64,000 nt of DNA, taken from the NCBI GenBank assembly GCA_965226375.1, contig CBDDCX010000006.1:128001-192000 (forward strand). Reading direction: 5' to 3'. The DNA comes from Longimicrobiales bacterium (lineage in GTDB: Bacteria; Gemmatimonadota; Gemmatimonadetes; Longimicrobiales; Gaopeijiaceae). The notes beneath the pieces were generated by a model, which had not been told where the DNA came from, made no database searches, and saw only the letters and a list, made by a program, of their open reading frames with translations. The position numbers and the translations under genes are program-made. Positions 50,420-59,846 of the stretch are shown here, piece after piece. Every line of letters begins with the position of its first letter. The stretch's first letter is position 1.

Positions 50420-50885
50420 CGTCCGTGAACGCCGAGATATCGCCCAAAGCCATCACGGTGCGCCTCGCGCTGATCCACTCTCGGATTCGGATGATGGTCA
50501 CCGCCAGTCGGAAGACGGAGGGCTCCATCGACTTCGTCTTCGACGTGAAGAGCCCTTCGTACTCCGGAATGCCGTTCTTCCAACGCTTGTTCAGAGCTGA
50601 GCCGGCTCTGGTGTGCAGATATAGCTTCTGGTCGATCTTGGCGAGTTCCGCGTCAGTGTGCGCCCGCTCTGCGAGCTCCAGCGCGACCGGGGTCCATCCG
50701 TTCTGCCATCGCGCGACCTCGACTTCTTTGAGCTGTTGAAGGGCGGGCTGGACCTTGCGCCTGATCTTGCTTTTCCCCTTCTCGATGGCAGCCTTCTGTT
50801 CAGGAGGCATCTTCGGCTTGTGGTAACGCTTATCGCGCTTCTTAGTTGCCTCCTCGATCCTCCCGTTGTGACCGGAGCGACCCAT
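50244..50885 (-). CDS. Hypothetical protein (basic N-part, acidic helical C-part), possibly 5'-truncated
   Basis: Open frame of about 213 aa with protein-like composition. No family recognised and no RBS. Confidence 0.5.
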   Translation of the reverse strand: MGRSGHNGRIEEATKKRDKRYHKPKMPPEQKAAIEKGKSKIRRKVQPALQQLKEVEVARWQNGWTPVALELAERAHTDAELAKIDQKLYLHTRAGSALNKRWKNGIPEYEGLFTSKTKSMEPSVFRLAVTIIRIREWISARRTVMALGDISAFTDDSRPAETVPSDDISEWLEMIYDREEQLQQLTNEALRLDVEEDVDRLLESGSHERPETT

Positions 50886-51065
50886 GCATACTGCTCGTAA
50901 GATGATTCTGATCCTGGTGGCGGTGTCGGCCTTGGGCTGTAACCCGTCGGCGCGACCGGCGATGAGCCAGGCGGAGCGTTCGGCCGTGGAGGACTCCGTC
51001 AGACATCTCGCAGCAGCCTTCATCGAGGCCGACAGTCAGGGCGACGCCGACCGCGTGATGAGGAT
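50884..51065 (+). pseudogene. N-terminal fragment of an NTF2/SnoaL-like lipoprotein
   Basis: ILILVAVSALGC lipobox then AERSAVEDSVRHLAAAFIEADSQGDADRV, running directly into antisense kinase sequence. Confidence 0.6.
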
Positions 51066-52140
51066 GTGGCCCGTCGCTACGTATCGCCCGAACGACGCCT
51101 GCTCAATGAGCGTTTGGTGGGATCCGCCGCTGATATCCTGAATGGCGATCCGAGCGTCGCTATCGTCAGTGTTTGTTCCCGACACGGTGAACAGCACGGC
51201 CTCGCCACCGGGTAGCACCTGTGGCCACATGTGCTGGTTCTCGAACACGCTGTCGATCACGGTGGTGACGGGTTGGGGCGCTCCCCCCCCAGCCGGTATT
51301 CGCCATATGCCCTTGGTGCCCAACGAACGTGCGAAGAAGATCTCGTCATTGCTGGCCCAACTCGCCCCCATCTGGGCCTCCACGTTGGCGATGGTCACCA
51401 CCGGACCACCTCCCACCGACACCTTCTTGAGTTCAGACCCACGCTGGGTGAACGCCAACCACTCCCCGTCTGGTGAGAAGAAGGGGAATGCCGCCCCTTC
51501 CGAACCGTCGACTGGAGTGCTCTCGAAGCCAGCCAAGGATCTGATGTGGAGCTGCCCGCCGGTGGAGTACGCGATGGTCCGCCCGTCAGGGGCGAGAGCA
51601 AACGGAACCTCGAACCAGAAGTTCACGTCGATGCCGCCAGGCACGGGAACCACGAGGCTCGTGATCGCGTTGTCGGCGTCCCGATCCGAACTCGTCCAGG
51701 CCCACACGGTTGTGATCAGGAATAACGCAGCTAGGGATGTCATGGCCATCGTCAGTCGGTTCCAGGGACCGACGGGGGCACTCACGCCGGCTGAGGCCAG
51801 CTCTCCGTACCGATAGTGCTCATCTCCCAGCGCTCTTACGAAGTCCTGCGCCGAGGCGAATCGATCGGCCGGTAGCTTTTCCAGCGCACATTGGAGCGCC
51901 GCATCCACGTTCGCCGGGACCGACGGACGCTGCTCCGTTGCCGAAACCGGCTTGCCCGAAATGATCTTGCCGAGGATCGCCTGGGCGCTGCTACCCGTGT
52001 AGGGTGGCTCACCGACCAACATCTCGTAGAGGACCGAGCCCAGGGCGTAGAGGTCGGTCGACGGCCCTACACTCTGGTCTCCCGTGGCCTGCTCTGGGCT
52101 CATGTAGTGCGGCGTTCAGGCGGCTGGCGGGATCGGACAT
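51060..52140 (-). pseudogene. Ser/Thr kinase-TM-propeller remnant (K3): catalytic core deleted and 3' half lost
   Basis: MSDPASRLNAAL is joined out of frame to HYMSPEQ, and the propeller stops at GRYVATGHIL. Confidence 0.88.
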
Positions 52141-52160
52141 GATTGGACTTGCGAGCCCGC

Positions 52161-54794
52161 CTAGTTCCCCACCCGCTCGAGTTCTCTGAAAAAGTTGTCG
52201 ACTACGATCAATTGGTTGCCCTCGGGCCGGATCTGACGGAACTGCAGGAACCGCTGGTCGTCGCGGCTCAACTTGCCCTCGTGACCGTTCGGATTCACGA
52301 AGCCTGCAGTGTTCAGAGGGAAGAGCTCCCGCTCCTCGCCCACCGCGAAAGTGGGATCGAGACTCACGTCCACGACTGAGAGAGTCTGTCCGCCGGTAGG
52401 GCCTGTGTTGAAAAAGATCTCACGGCCGCTATGGCCCCAGATGGGCTCGTCGCCTCTCTCTTTGGACACCTGCCACAGGCCCGAGTCGACGTCCGGGAAC
52501 GGTTGTACCCAAACCTGCCAGGCATCGGCGTTCGGGTCATCGCCCAGCCGGTTCGAGGAGTAGGCGAGCCACCGTCCGTCAGGGGAGAGCGACATCTCGA
52601 GCGCGCCCCACTCGTCCGAGGCTACGAGCCGTGTCGGCTCGCTGTCCTCCCCGAGGCGGATGCCATAGATGCCACCGCCGAAGTTTCCTTCGCCCAGTAC
52701 GAAGAGCAGCCACTCTCCATCCGGGGAGTAGAGCGCCTCCTTGATGGGGTCGTCCTGGCCGGCGCGGTTGGAGACGAACGTGAGCGACTGCCCGTCGGGT
52801 GACCACGCAGGCCACCGGTTGACCGTGCCCTCGAACGTGAGCCGGGTCAGCGGGCCGTCGTCGAGCTGCTTCACGTAGATGTCGACGGTTCCCTCGGCAC
52901 CACGCGCGGAGACGGCGAGCCGGGTGTCATCCGGCGAGAGTTGCAGGCTGGTGCTGTTGTTCCCGAACGGGACCAACCAGCCCGGGTCCACATCGCGGAA
53001 GCTCCCGTCGCGGTCGACCCAGGAGACGGTGACGCCGCTCGTTGTGGTCGTTCCGGTCCGGTAGACCAGCCTTCCGGTTTCGGACAGGGCGAAGAACTGG
53101 TATTCCTGCGGGTGCTGGAGCAGGCCTTCGACAAGGGGGACGGCCGGGCCGGTGAGCTCGACCTTCGTCGGGTCGAAGGGGGCGGCCAACAGGGTGGTTC
53201 CAGCGGCCTCCACGAAGAGAAGATGACCGGTCGGGCTGTATCGCGGATAGCTGCCCCGGGTGAGTACCTTGATTTCGCCTGTTTCGAGATCCAGAGCCTC
53301 GATTCTGTTGGAAGCCGCCTCGCCTGCGAGGACCGAATACAGCACGGTTTGCCCTCCTGGCAAGGGATGGGCAAACGCGTGGAGCACTCCGTCGGGGTCC
53401 GTGAGCGTTTCGGGCTGGCCACCGACGGCGGCGACACGCATCACACCAGCGTTCGAGGCCATATAATAGACCCATTCGCCGTCTGGACTCCATGCCGGGC
53501 AGCATTGCGCCTGCGCTCCAGCGTCTGTGAGCGTCCGGGAGACTCCCCCCTCCAACGGAATCACCCGCAGAGCGCCTTGGTCGTTGACCGCTACCTCCCG
53601 GCCATCGGGAGAGATCGCCGGATCCCCCCTCACCTCGGCGTCCGGGATCGGTGTAGCGTCCAGCGCGTCCCAGCGCCTCAGCCACAGTTGAGGCGCTCCG
53701 CTGTCGGCGTTGCCTCGGTAGACGATGAAGGACCCATCGCGAGACACATCGAACGTCTCGCGGGTAATGCGGAAGGCCTGCTCATCTGGAACCACGACCG
53801 CGAAGCGGGACACCGGCTCGGGCGGCTCGGAGCGCATGAGCGACCAGCCGAAGCCTGTTGCGAACAGCACCGCGAGTCCGGCGAAGGCTAGAGTCAAGCG
53901 GTTCCAGGGGCTTCCGCCCACTCCAGCAGCACCCGCCAACGCGCCGCCGTGCCGGAAGTTCGGATCGCCAAGGGCTCTCGCGAAGTCCTGGGCGGATGTG
54001 AACCGATCCGCCGGTAGTTTCTCCAGCGCGCACCGGAGCGCTGCGTCGATGTTGGCAGGAATCGAGGGACGCTGCTTGGTAGCGGAGACCAGCTCGCCGG
54101 CGATGATCTTGCCCAACACGGCCTGTGCGGTCGCACCCGGGAAGGGTGGTTCACCCACGAGCATCTCGTAGAGCACACACGCCAGCGCATAGATATCACT
54201 CGCGGGACCCACAAACTGGTCGCCCGTCGCCTGCTCGGGGCTCATGTAGTACGGAGTGCCGACGCTCAGGCCGGTCTCGGTGAGCCGGGTGCCGCCCGCT
54301 GCTCCCACGGCCAGCGCGATCCCGAAGTCGGCGATGAGCGGTCGGCCGTCCCGGAGCAGGACGTTCGCCGGCTTGATGTCGCGGTGGACCACCTTTTGCC
54401 TGTGCGCGTGGTCCAGCGCCTCGGCGAGGTCGGTCGCGATCTTCACAGCCTCGTCCACATGGAGCTGCTGTTCGCGGGCGAGACGGTCGCCGAGCGTCTC
54501 ACCCTCCACATATGGCATCACATAGAACAAGAAGCTGTCGGCCTCGCCCGAGTCGAAGAGCGGCAGGATATTCGGGTGCTGGAGATTGGCTGTGACCTTG
54601 ATCTCGGAGAGGAAGCGTTCGGCACCTACGACGGCGGCTAACTCGGGCTTGAGGACCTTCAGGGCGACCTTACGCTCGTGCTTGAGGTCGTCGGCCAGGA
54701 AGACGGTGGCCATACCGCCCTCGCCGAGCTCACGCTCGATGGTGTAGCGGCCTTCGAGGGCGGTGTTCAGGCGATCGACAGGGATGGTGTTCAA
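52161..54794 (-). CDS. Ser/Thr kinase-TM-TolB-like propeller (K2), the only uninterrupted copy
   Basis: All Hanks motifs, one TM (LTLAFAGLAVLFATGFGW), SPDG repeats. TTG start 1 bp after the K1 stop. Confidence 0.92.
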   Translation of the reverse strand: MNTIPVDRLNTALEGRYTIERELGEGGMATVFLADDLKHERKVALKVLKPELAAVVGAERFLSEIKVTANLQHPNILPLFDSGEADSFLFYVMPYVEGETLGDRLAREQQLHVDEAVKIATDLAEALDHAHRQKVVHRDIKPANVLLRDGRPLIADFGIALAVGAAGGTRLTETGLSVGTPYYMSPEQATGDQFVGPASDIYALACVLYEMLVGEPPFPGATAQAVLGKIIAGELVSATKQRPSIPANIDAALRCALEKLPADRFTSAQDFARALGDPNFRHGGALAGAAGVGGSPWNRLTLAFAGLAVLFATGFGWSLMRSEPPEPVSRFAVVVPDEQAFRITRETFDVSRDGSFIVYRGNADSGAPQLWLRRWDALDATPIPDAEVRGDPAISPDGREVAVNDQGALRVIPLEGGVSRTLTDAGAQAQCCPAWSPDGEWVYYMASNAGVMRVAAVGGQPETLTDPDGVLHAFAHPLPGGQTVLYSVLAGEAASNRIEALDLETGEIKVLTRGSYPRYSPTGHLLFVEAAGTTLLAAPFDPTKVELTGPAVPLVEGLLQHPQEYQFFALSETGRLVYRTGTTTTSGVTVSWVDRDGSFRDVDPGWLVPFGNNSTSLQLSPDDTRLAVSARGAEGTVDIYVKQLDDGPLTRLTFEGTVNRWPAWSPDGQSLTFVSNRAGQDDPIKEALYSPDGEWLLFVLGEGNFGGGIYGIRLGEDSEPTRLVASDEWGALEMSLSPDGRWLAYSSNRLGDDPNADAWQVWVQPFPDVDSGLWQVSKERGDEPIWGHSGREIFFNTGPTGGQTLSVVDVSLDPTFAVGEERELFPLNTAGFVNPNGHEGKLSRDDQRFLQFRQIRPEGNQLIVVDNFFRELERVGN

Positions 54795-54795
54795 G

Positions 54796-57467
54796 TCAGT
54801 TCCCCACCCGCTGCTCGATCTCCCCGAACCAGTTCTGCACGAGGATCAACTCGGGAGTCTCCGTTTGGAAACGCCGCAGCATGACGAACCGTCGATCGTC
54901 GGGCGAGACGTCGTAGAGCGTATATTGCTCGGCCTGCCCGATCAGGAACGCGGGGTCGATGGCGAAGAGGGTCTCGCGTTCCGTGACCTCGAACGTCGAG
55001 CCCGCGGTTCCGACCTTGGCAGAGATCATCTCGTTACGACCGTTCACGTAGAAGATCTCGGTCCCGCTGTGGGCCCAGAGGGGCATGACACCCCCGTCCA
55101 CGGACACGGCCCACTTGCCGTTCTCGGTGTCCGGGAACGGTCGCACGTAGATCTCGTTGTTGCCCGTCTCGTCGGATTCGTACACGAGCCAGCGACCGTC
55201 CGGGGACAGCATGATCGCTTTCTCGTCGAACTCGCTCGTCACCAAGGGGCTGGGAAGACTGTCCGTCGCTGGGCGAAGCCCTATTACGTCCCGGCCGCCC
55301 ACGGCCCCCAGCGTACCGCCCGTCCGGGCCACCAGCCACTCTCCGTCTCGCGAAGTGGCACCTTCCCACAGCGACAGCTCATGATTCAGGAGGAGCTCGG
55401 CCCGTCCGGTGCCATCCGCTCTCGTCACGAAGATGTCGGCCGTCCCATCCCGATCGGAGATGAAGGTCACTCGCCCGTCTTGCGTCCACCGGGGTCGAAC
55501 GTCCTGTGCGCTGTCGGCCGTGATACGCGTGAGCGGACCCGTAGGGAGTTGTTTGATCCAGACGTCCTCCCTGAGATCCCCGAAGATCGACACGACCAAT
55601 CGTGCCCCGTCGGGCGAGAGGGCCAGTCCGCGGTTGTTGCCGCCCGGATCGAAGCTCCACTCCGGATCAATCACGGTCGCGGCGCCGTCACGATTGACCC
55701 AGGTCGGCTGGTACGTCGCGTTGGCCAAGCCCGTCGAATAGACGAGCGTTCCATTCTCCGAGAGGGCCATCGACTGAGCGTTGCCGGTCTTATAGTCGGC
55801 TCCACTGACCACGGGCACGGGCGTGCCCGTCATTTCTAGCCGCCTCGGGTCGAAGGGTGCCGCCATTAGGTCACCCGTCGTCGTCAGGAATACCAGGTAT
55901 CCGTCCCTCGCGTAGTGGGCCTGGACTCCGATCTGTCCCAAGTTGGTGACTTCGCCGGTCTCGACACGCGCGGCCCGAATCTGCGGCTCCCCTGGGACGA
56001 AGACATGGAAGAGCACGACCGCACCCTCCTCGACGAAATGGGCACCGACGTGGATGCCTTCGCCCGACTCTGCAGGTGATCGAGTGATCACCTCCGTCGG
56101 GCCTCCCTGAGCCGGCATCCGACTGATCCCGCGCGTCTCCGCTTCCGTGAAGTAGACGAATCCGTCACTGCCCCAATGCGGAGAGTTGAACGCCGTTTCC
56201 GTAAGTACTCGTGAGACTCCGCCCGACAGTGGTACGATGACGAGCGGACGGGGAAGGGTCGACGGGATCACGAATACGACTTCCCGTCCGTCGGGGGAGA
56301 TGGACGGCTGGACTCCGTTGGCCGTTCCCGCCAAGGGCGAAGAGGCGAGCTGATCCCACCGCCGCACCCACAACAGGTTACCTCCGTCTTCCCTCGGCCC
56401 TTCGTAGACCATGACGGAGCCGTCCCTCGAGAGGGCCATGGTCCCGAAGCCGGCCAAAGGCTCCGAAAGGATCACGGATGCGCGGTGAGTTTGAGCGTGC
56501 GGAGCCGCTCGGGTGAGCGCCCACGCGGAGAGGAGTGCGAACACGAGTGTCGTCGCGGCGAAGACCTGGGTTCCCAGGCGCCAACGGCCCGATTCACTCA
56601 CGCCCGTCCCCGTGATGTCACCGTGTGTGAACCCCGGATCGGCCAACGCCCTCGCGAATTCCTGGGCACCTGTGAACCGATCTGCGGGCAGCTTCTCGAG
56701 CGCCTTCCTCAGGGCGGCATCGACGTTGTCTGGGATCGACCTTCGCACGGAGGTGGCCGACACGGGCAACCCCTGGATGATCTTGCCGAGCACCGCCTGG
56801 GCCGTGTTCCGATATACGGAGGCTCGCCGACCAGCATTTCGTACAGGACACACGCGAGCGCATAGGTGTCGCTCGCAGGTCCCACGACCTGATCTCCGGT
56901 GGCCTGCTCCGGCGACATGTAGAACGGGGTCCCTATCGAGAGCCCGGTCTCGGTCAATCGGTTTCCACCCGCGGCACCGACCGCCAGCGCGATCCCAAAA
57001 TCCGCGACCAAGGGTTCCCCTCTGCTCAGAAGGATGTTGGCGGGCTTGATGTCGCGGTGGACGATCCCTTCGTCGTGTGCCGCCTGTAGCGCGTTGGCCA
57101 CCGCGGTGGCGATGCCCAACGCCTCATCGATCGGTAGCTGCTGATCTCGGTCGATCCGGCCCTGCAGCGTTTCGCCCTCAACGTACGGCATCACGTAGAA
57201 CAGGAAGCTGTCGGCTTCACCAGAATCGAACAACGGGAGGATGTGCGGGTGCTGGAGGTTGGCGGTCGTCTTGATCTCGGCCAGGAAGCGTTCGGCGCCC
57301 ACCACCGCGGCCAGCTCGGGCTTGAGAACCTTGAGAGCGACCTTACGCTCGTGTTTGAGGTCGTCGGCCAGGAAGACGGTGGCCATGCCGCCCTCACCGA
57401 GCTCGCGCTCGATGGTGTAGCGGCCCTCGAGGGCGGCGTTCAGGCGATCGACGGGTATCGTGCTCAT
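54796..57467 (-). pseudogene. Ser/Thr kinase-TM-TolB-like propeller (K1), split by a 1-nt frameshift near 56810
   Basis: ..EPPYIG in one frame and NTAQAVLGK in the next. K4 has the continuous EPPYIGNTAQAVLGK. Confidence 0.85.
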
Positions 57468-57695
57468 GGGCGGTAGTCGGCGGTCTTCATGGGATCCGCG
57501 GATGCGTTCACACAGGGAGCTGGAGCGGACATGTCAGCCACAATGCATCTAACCTGTGCGTCCCCACAAGCGCTTGCGGCGTCCAAGCGAGCTTGGCATG
57601 GTCCTCATTCGAGCCGCTTGGACCAGGCGGCGGGTGGGCTCGACTAGACTAGGCCGAGGATTCGAGGAGCCGTTGAGGACGAAAGGAAGTCGTCA

Positions 57696-58823
57696 TTGAA
57701 GATCGCCCGCGTGACCGCCCACCAGCTCCGTATCCCCCGGATCGCGGAAGTCTTCGACGGAACCCAGGACGTGTTAGTGGTCGAAGTCACGACCGAGTCG
57801 GGCCTGACGGGGTTGGGAGAAGTCGTCTCGTCGTCCTACGTGGCCAAGGCGATCATCGAGGCGCCGCGTTCCGGAGCCGGTCGTCACGGGCTGTCGGAGG
57901 CGATCGTCGGGATGGATGCCACCGACATCGACGCTGTGCGCCGACAGATGTACGAAGAGGCGGCCTGGTACGGCCGTCGCGGAGCGGCGATCCACGCGAT
58001 GGCTGGGGTGGAAATGGCCCTGTGGGACATCAAGGGCAAGGCCGAATCCGCTCCCGTGCACCGGCTGTTGGCCGCGACCGAGCCCGCGGTTGCGAGACCC
58101 CCGATCAGGGCCTACGCCAGCGTCTTGTGGGGCGACACGCTCGAGGCGACGGTTCAGAACGCACGGGACCTTCTCGACAGGGGGTTCGGGGCCCTGAAGT
58201 TAGGCTTCGGACCGTTCGGGCTCGGGAGCATCGCCGAGGACGTGGAGACTCTGACGGCTCTCAGAATGGCGCTGGGCGACGATGTCCAGATCATGGTCGA
58301 CGTGGGCAGGAAGTGGGACTGTGATCGGGCGATCGAGGAGTGCTCCGCCCTGCGCGACTTCGGACTGGTCTGGATCGAGGAGCCGCTCCATCCGGACGAC
58401 CTCGAAGGGTACCGTCGCCTGTGCGATTCCTCGCCGGTACCGATCGCGGGTGCCGAGACCGAAGAGACCGTGAAACAGTTCGTCCGATACCTCGATGCGG
58501 GCCTGGAGGTGATCCAGCCCGACCTCGGTCGCTGCGGACCCGGCGCCGGCATGGAATTGAGCCGACTCGCCCAAGAGCGTGGTCGCCGGTGCGTACCCCA
58601 CTGTTTCGGCACCGGAATCAACACGACCGCCGCGATCCACTGGATGGCGGCGGCGGGTGGCGATCTGGTGGAATATCCCATGGGGGACTCTCCTCTGCGT
58701 CGGGACCTCGTGGCCGGGGTGCCGAGCCTGGAAGACGGGTTCGTGAAGCCGACGGACAAGCCGGGTTGGGGAATCGAGCTCGACCCAGGCGTGCTCGCGG
58801 AGTACGGACGGCACCAGGGGTGA
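57696..58823 (+). CDS. Mandelate racemase/muconate lactonizing enzyme (enolase superfamily) protein
   Basis: ALWDIKGK, YAS, IMVD, WIEEP, AGAE, IQPD, PH and PGWGIE. Confidence 0.9.
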   Translation: MKIARVTAHQLRIPRIAEVFDGTQDVLVVEVTTESGLTGLGEVVSSSYVAKAIIEAPRSGAGRHGLSEAIVGMDATDIDAVRRQMYEEAAWYGRRGAAIHAMAGVEMALWDIKGKAESAPVHRLLAATEPAVARPPIRAYASVLWGDTLEATVQNARDLLDRGFGALKLGFGPFGLGSIAEDVETLTALRMALGDDVQIMVDVGRKWDCDRAIEECSALRDFGLVWIEEPLHPDDLEGYRRLCDSSPVPIAGAETEETVKQFVRYLDAGLEVIQPDLGRCGPGAGMELSRLAQERGRRCVPHCFGTGINTTAAIHWMAAAGGDLVEYPMGDSPLRRDLVAGVPSLEDGFVKPTDKPGWGIELDPGVLAEYGRHQG

Positions 58824-58925
58824 AGTGTCCCCGCCTCGAAGAGGTCGGTTACTTCAGACCAGGGGCTCCCGCGAAGCCGGTCATATCTCTGGAGTCGGTG
58901 TCTACCAAACATCGGATACAGTCCA

Positions 58926-59846
58926 CTAGGCGGTAGCCGCCGCGAGCGGGATTCCCAGGCGATCCAGCAGCGAAGTCACTTGCGCGATCTGCTCCTCGGT
59001 GAGCGGCAACAACGGCGGACGGGGATAACCACCCGGGCGGCCTAACACGTTCATGGCAGCTTTCAGATTGGCCGGGAAGGTGCCCATCCCACGCGCCGCC
59101 TGATCGAGTGCCAACGTTCGAAGCTGCACCCTTTTCGCTCCCTCCAAGTCGCCGTTTTTGACCATGTCGTACATCTGGACCGCCTCGCGTCCCATGATCT
59201 GCGACTCTAGCGAGCTCACCCATCCCTTGGCCCCCATGACGATGGCCGCGACTCCGCGTTCCGCCGAGTGGCCGGTGAACACCTGGATGTCATTGCCGAA
59301 CTGGTTCACGAGCGTCTCGACGCGGATGAAGCTGTCGGAGCTCTCCTTGATGGCCACCACGTACTCCAAGGCGATCAACTCTTCCAGGAGGTCCGGTCCG
59401 AGGTCGACCCCGGTCCGCTGCGGGATGTTGTAGAGCAGGATGGGAACGCCGACGGCGTCGGAGATCCCCTTGTAGTGAGCTACCACCTCGGCGCTTCCTG
59501 GCCGGCAGTAGTACGGAGGCAGCACCATGATGCCGTTGCACCCGACGTCTCGTGCCTTTTCGCTCAGCTCGATCACGTCGCGGGTGGAGATCCCACCGGT
59601 GCCCGCAATGACGGGAACGGCTCTGTCGGCTGTGTCGACTCCGAGCTGGAAGAGCCGCAGGCGCTCCTCGGGACTGAGTGCCCAGGCCTCCCCCGTACAT
59701 CCCGACACGATGATGCCTTCGGCGCCCTCATCCAGAAGCAAGGCGATGTTCTCACCGAAGGCCGCTTCGTCGATTTCGCCGGATTCGGTGAAGGGCGTCA
59801 CCACTGCGACGAAGTTCCCCTCCCACTGCACCTTTCCGTTGTTCAT
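58926..59846 (-). CDS. DapA/NAL-family class I aldolase-type enzyme
   Basis: VTPF, GCTGE, LYNIP and AIKESS (Schiff-base Lys). ATGA overlap with the oxidase gene. Confidence 0.9.
   Translation of the reverse strand: MNNGKVQWEGNFVAVVTPFTESGEIDEAAFGENIALLLDEGAEGIIVSGCTGEAWALSPEERLRLFQLGVDTADRAVPVIAGTGGISTRDVIELSEKARDVGCNGIMVLPPYYCRPGSAEVVAHYKGISDAVGVPILLYNIPQRTGVDLGPDLLEELIALEYVVAIKESSDSFIRVETLVNQFGNDIQVFTGHSAERGVAAIVMGAKGWVSSLESQIMGREAVQMYDMVKNGDLEGAKRVQLRTLALDQAARGMGTFPANLKAAMNVLGRPGGYPRPPLLPLTEEQIAQVTSLLDRLGIPLAAATA

Noticed and set aside
50700..50860. KAAIEKGKSKIRRKVQP resembling an IS5 transposase C-terminus
   Set aside because: The catalytic Glu motif, other DDE residues and terminal repeats are absent.
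57670..57695. TGAGGACGAAA resembling a hammerhead ribozyme core
   Set aside because: No CUGANGA element is positioned to complete the core.
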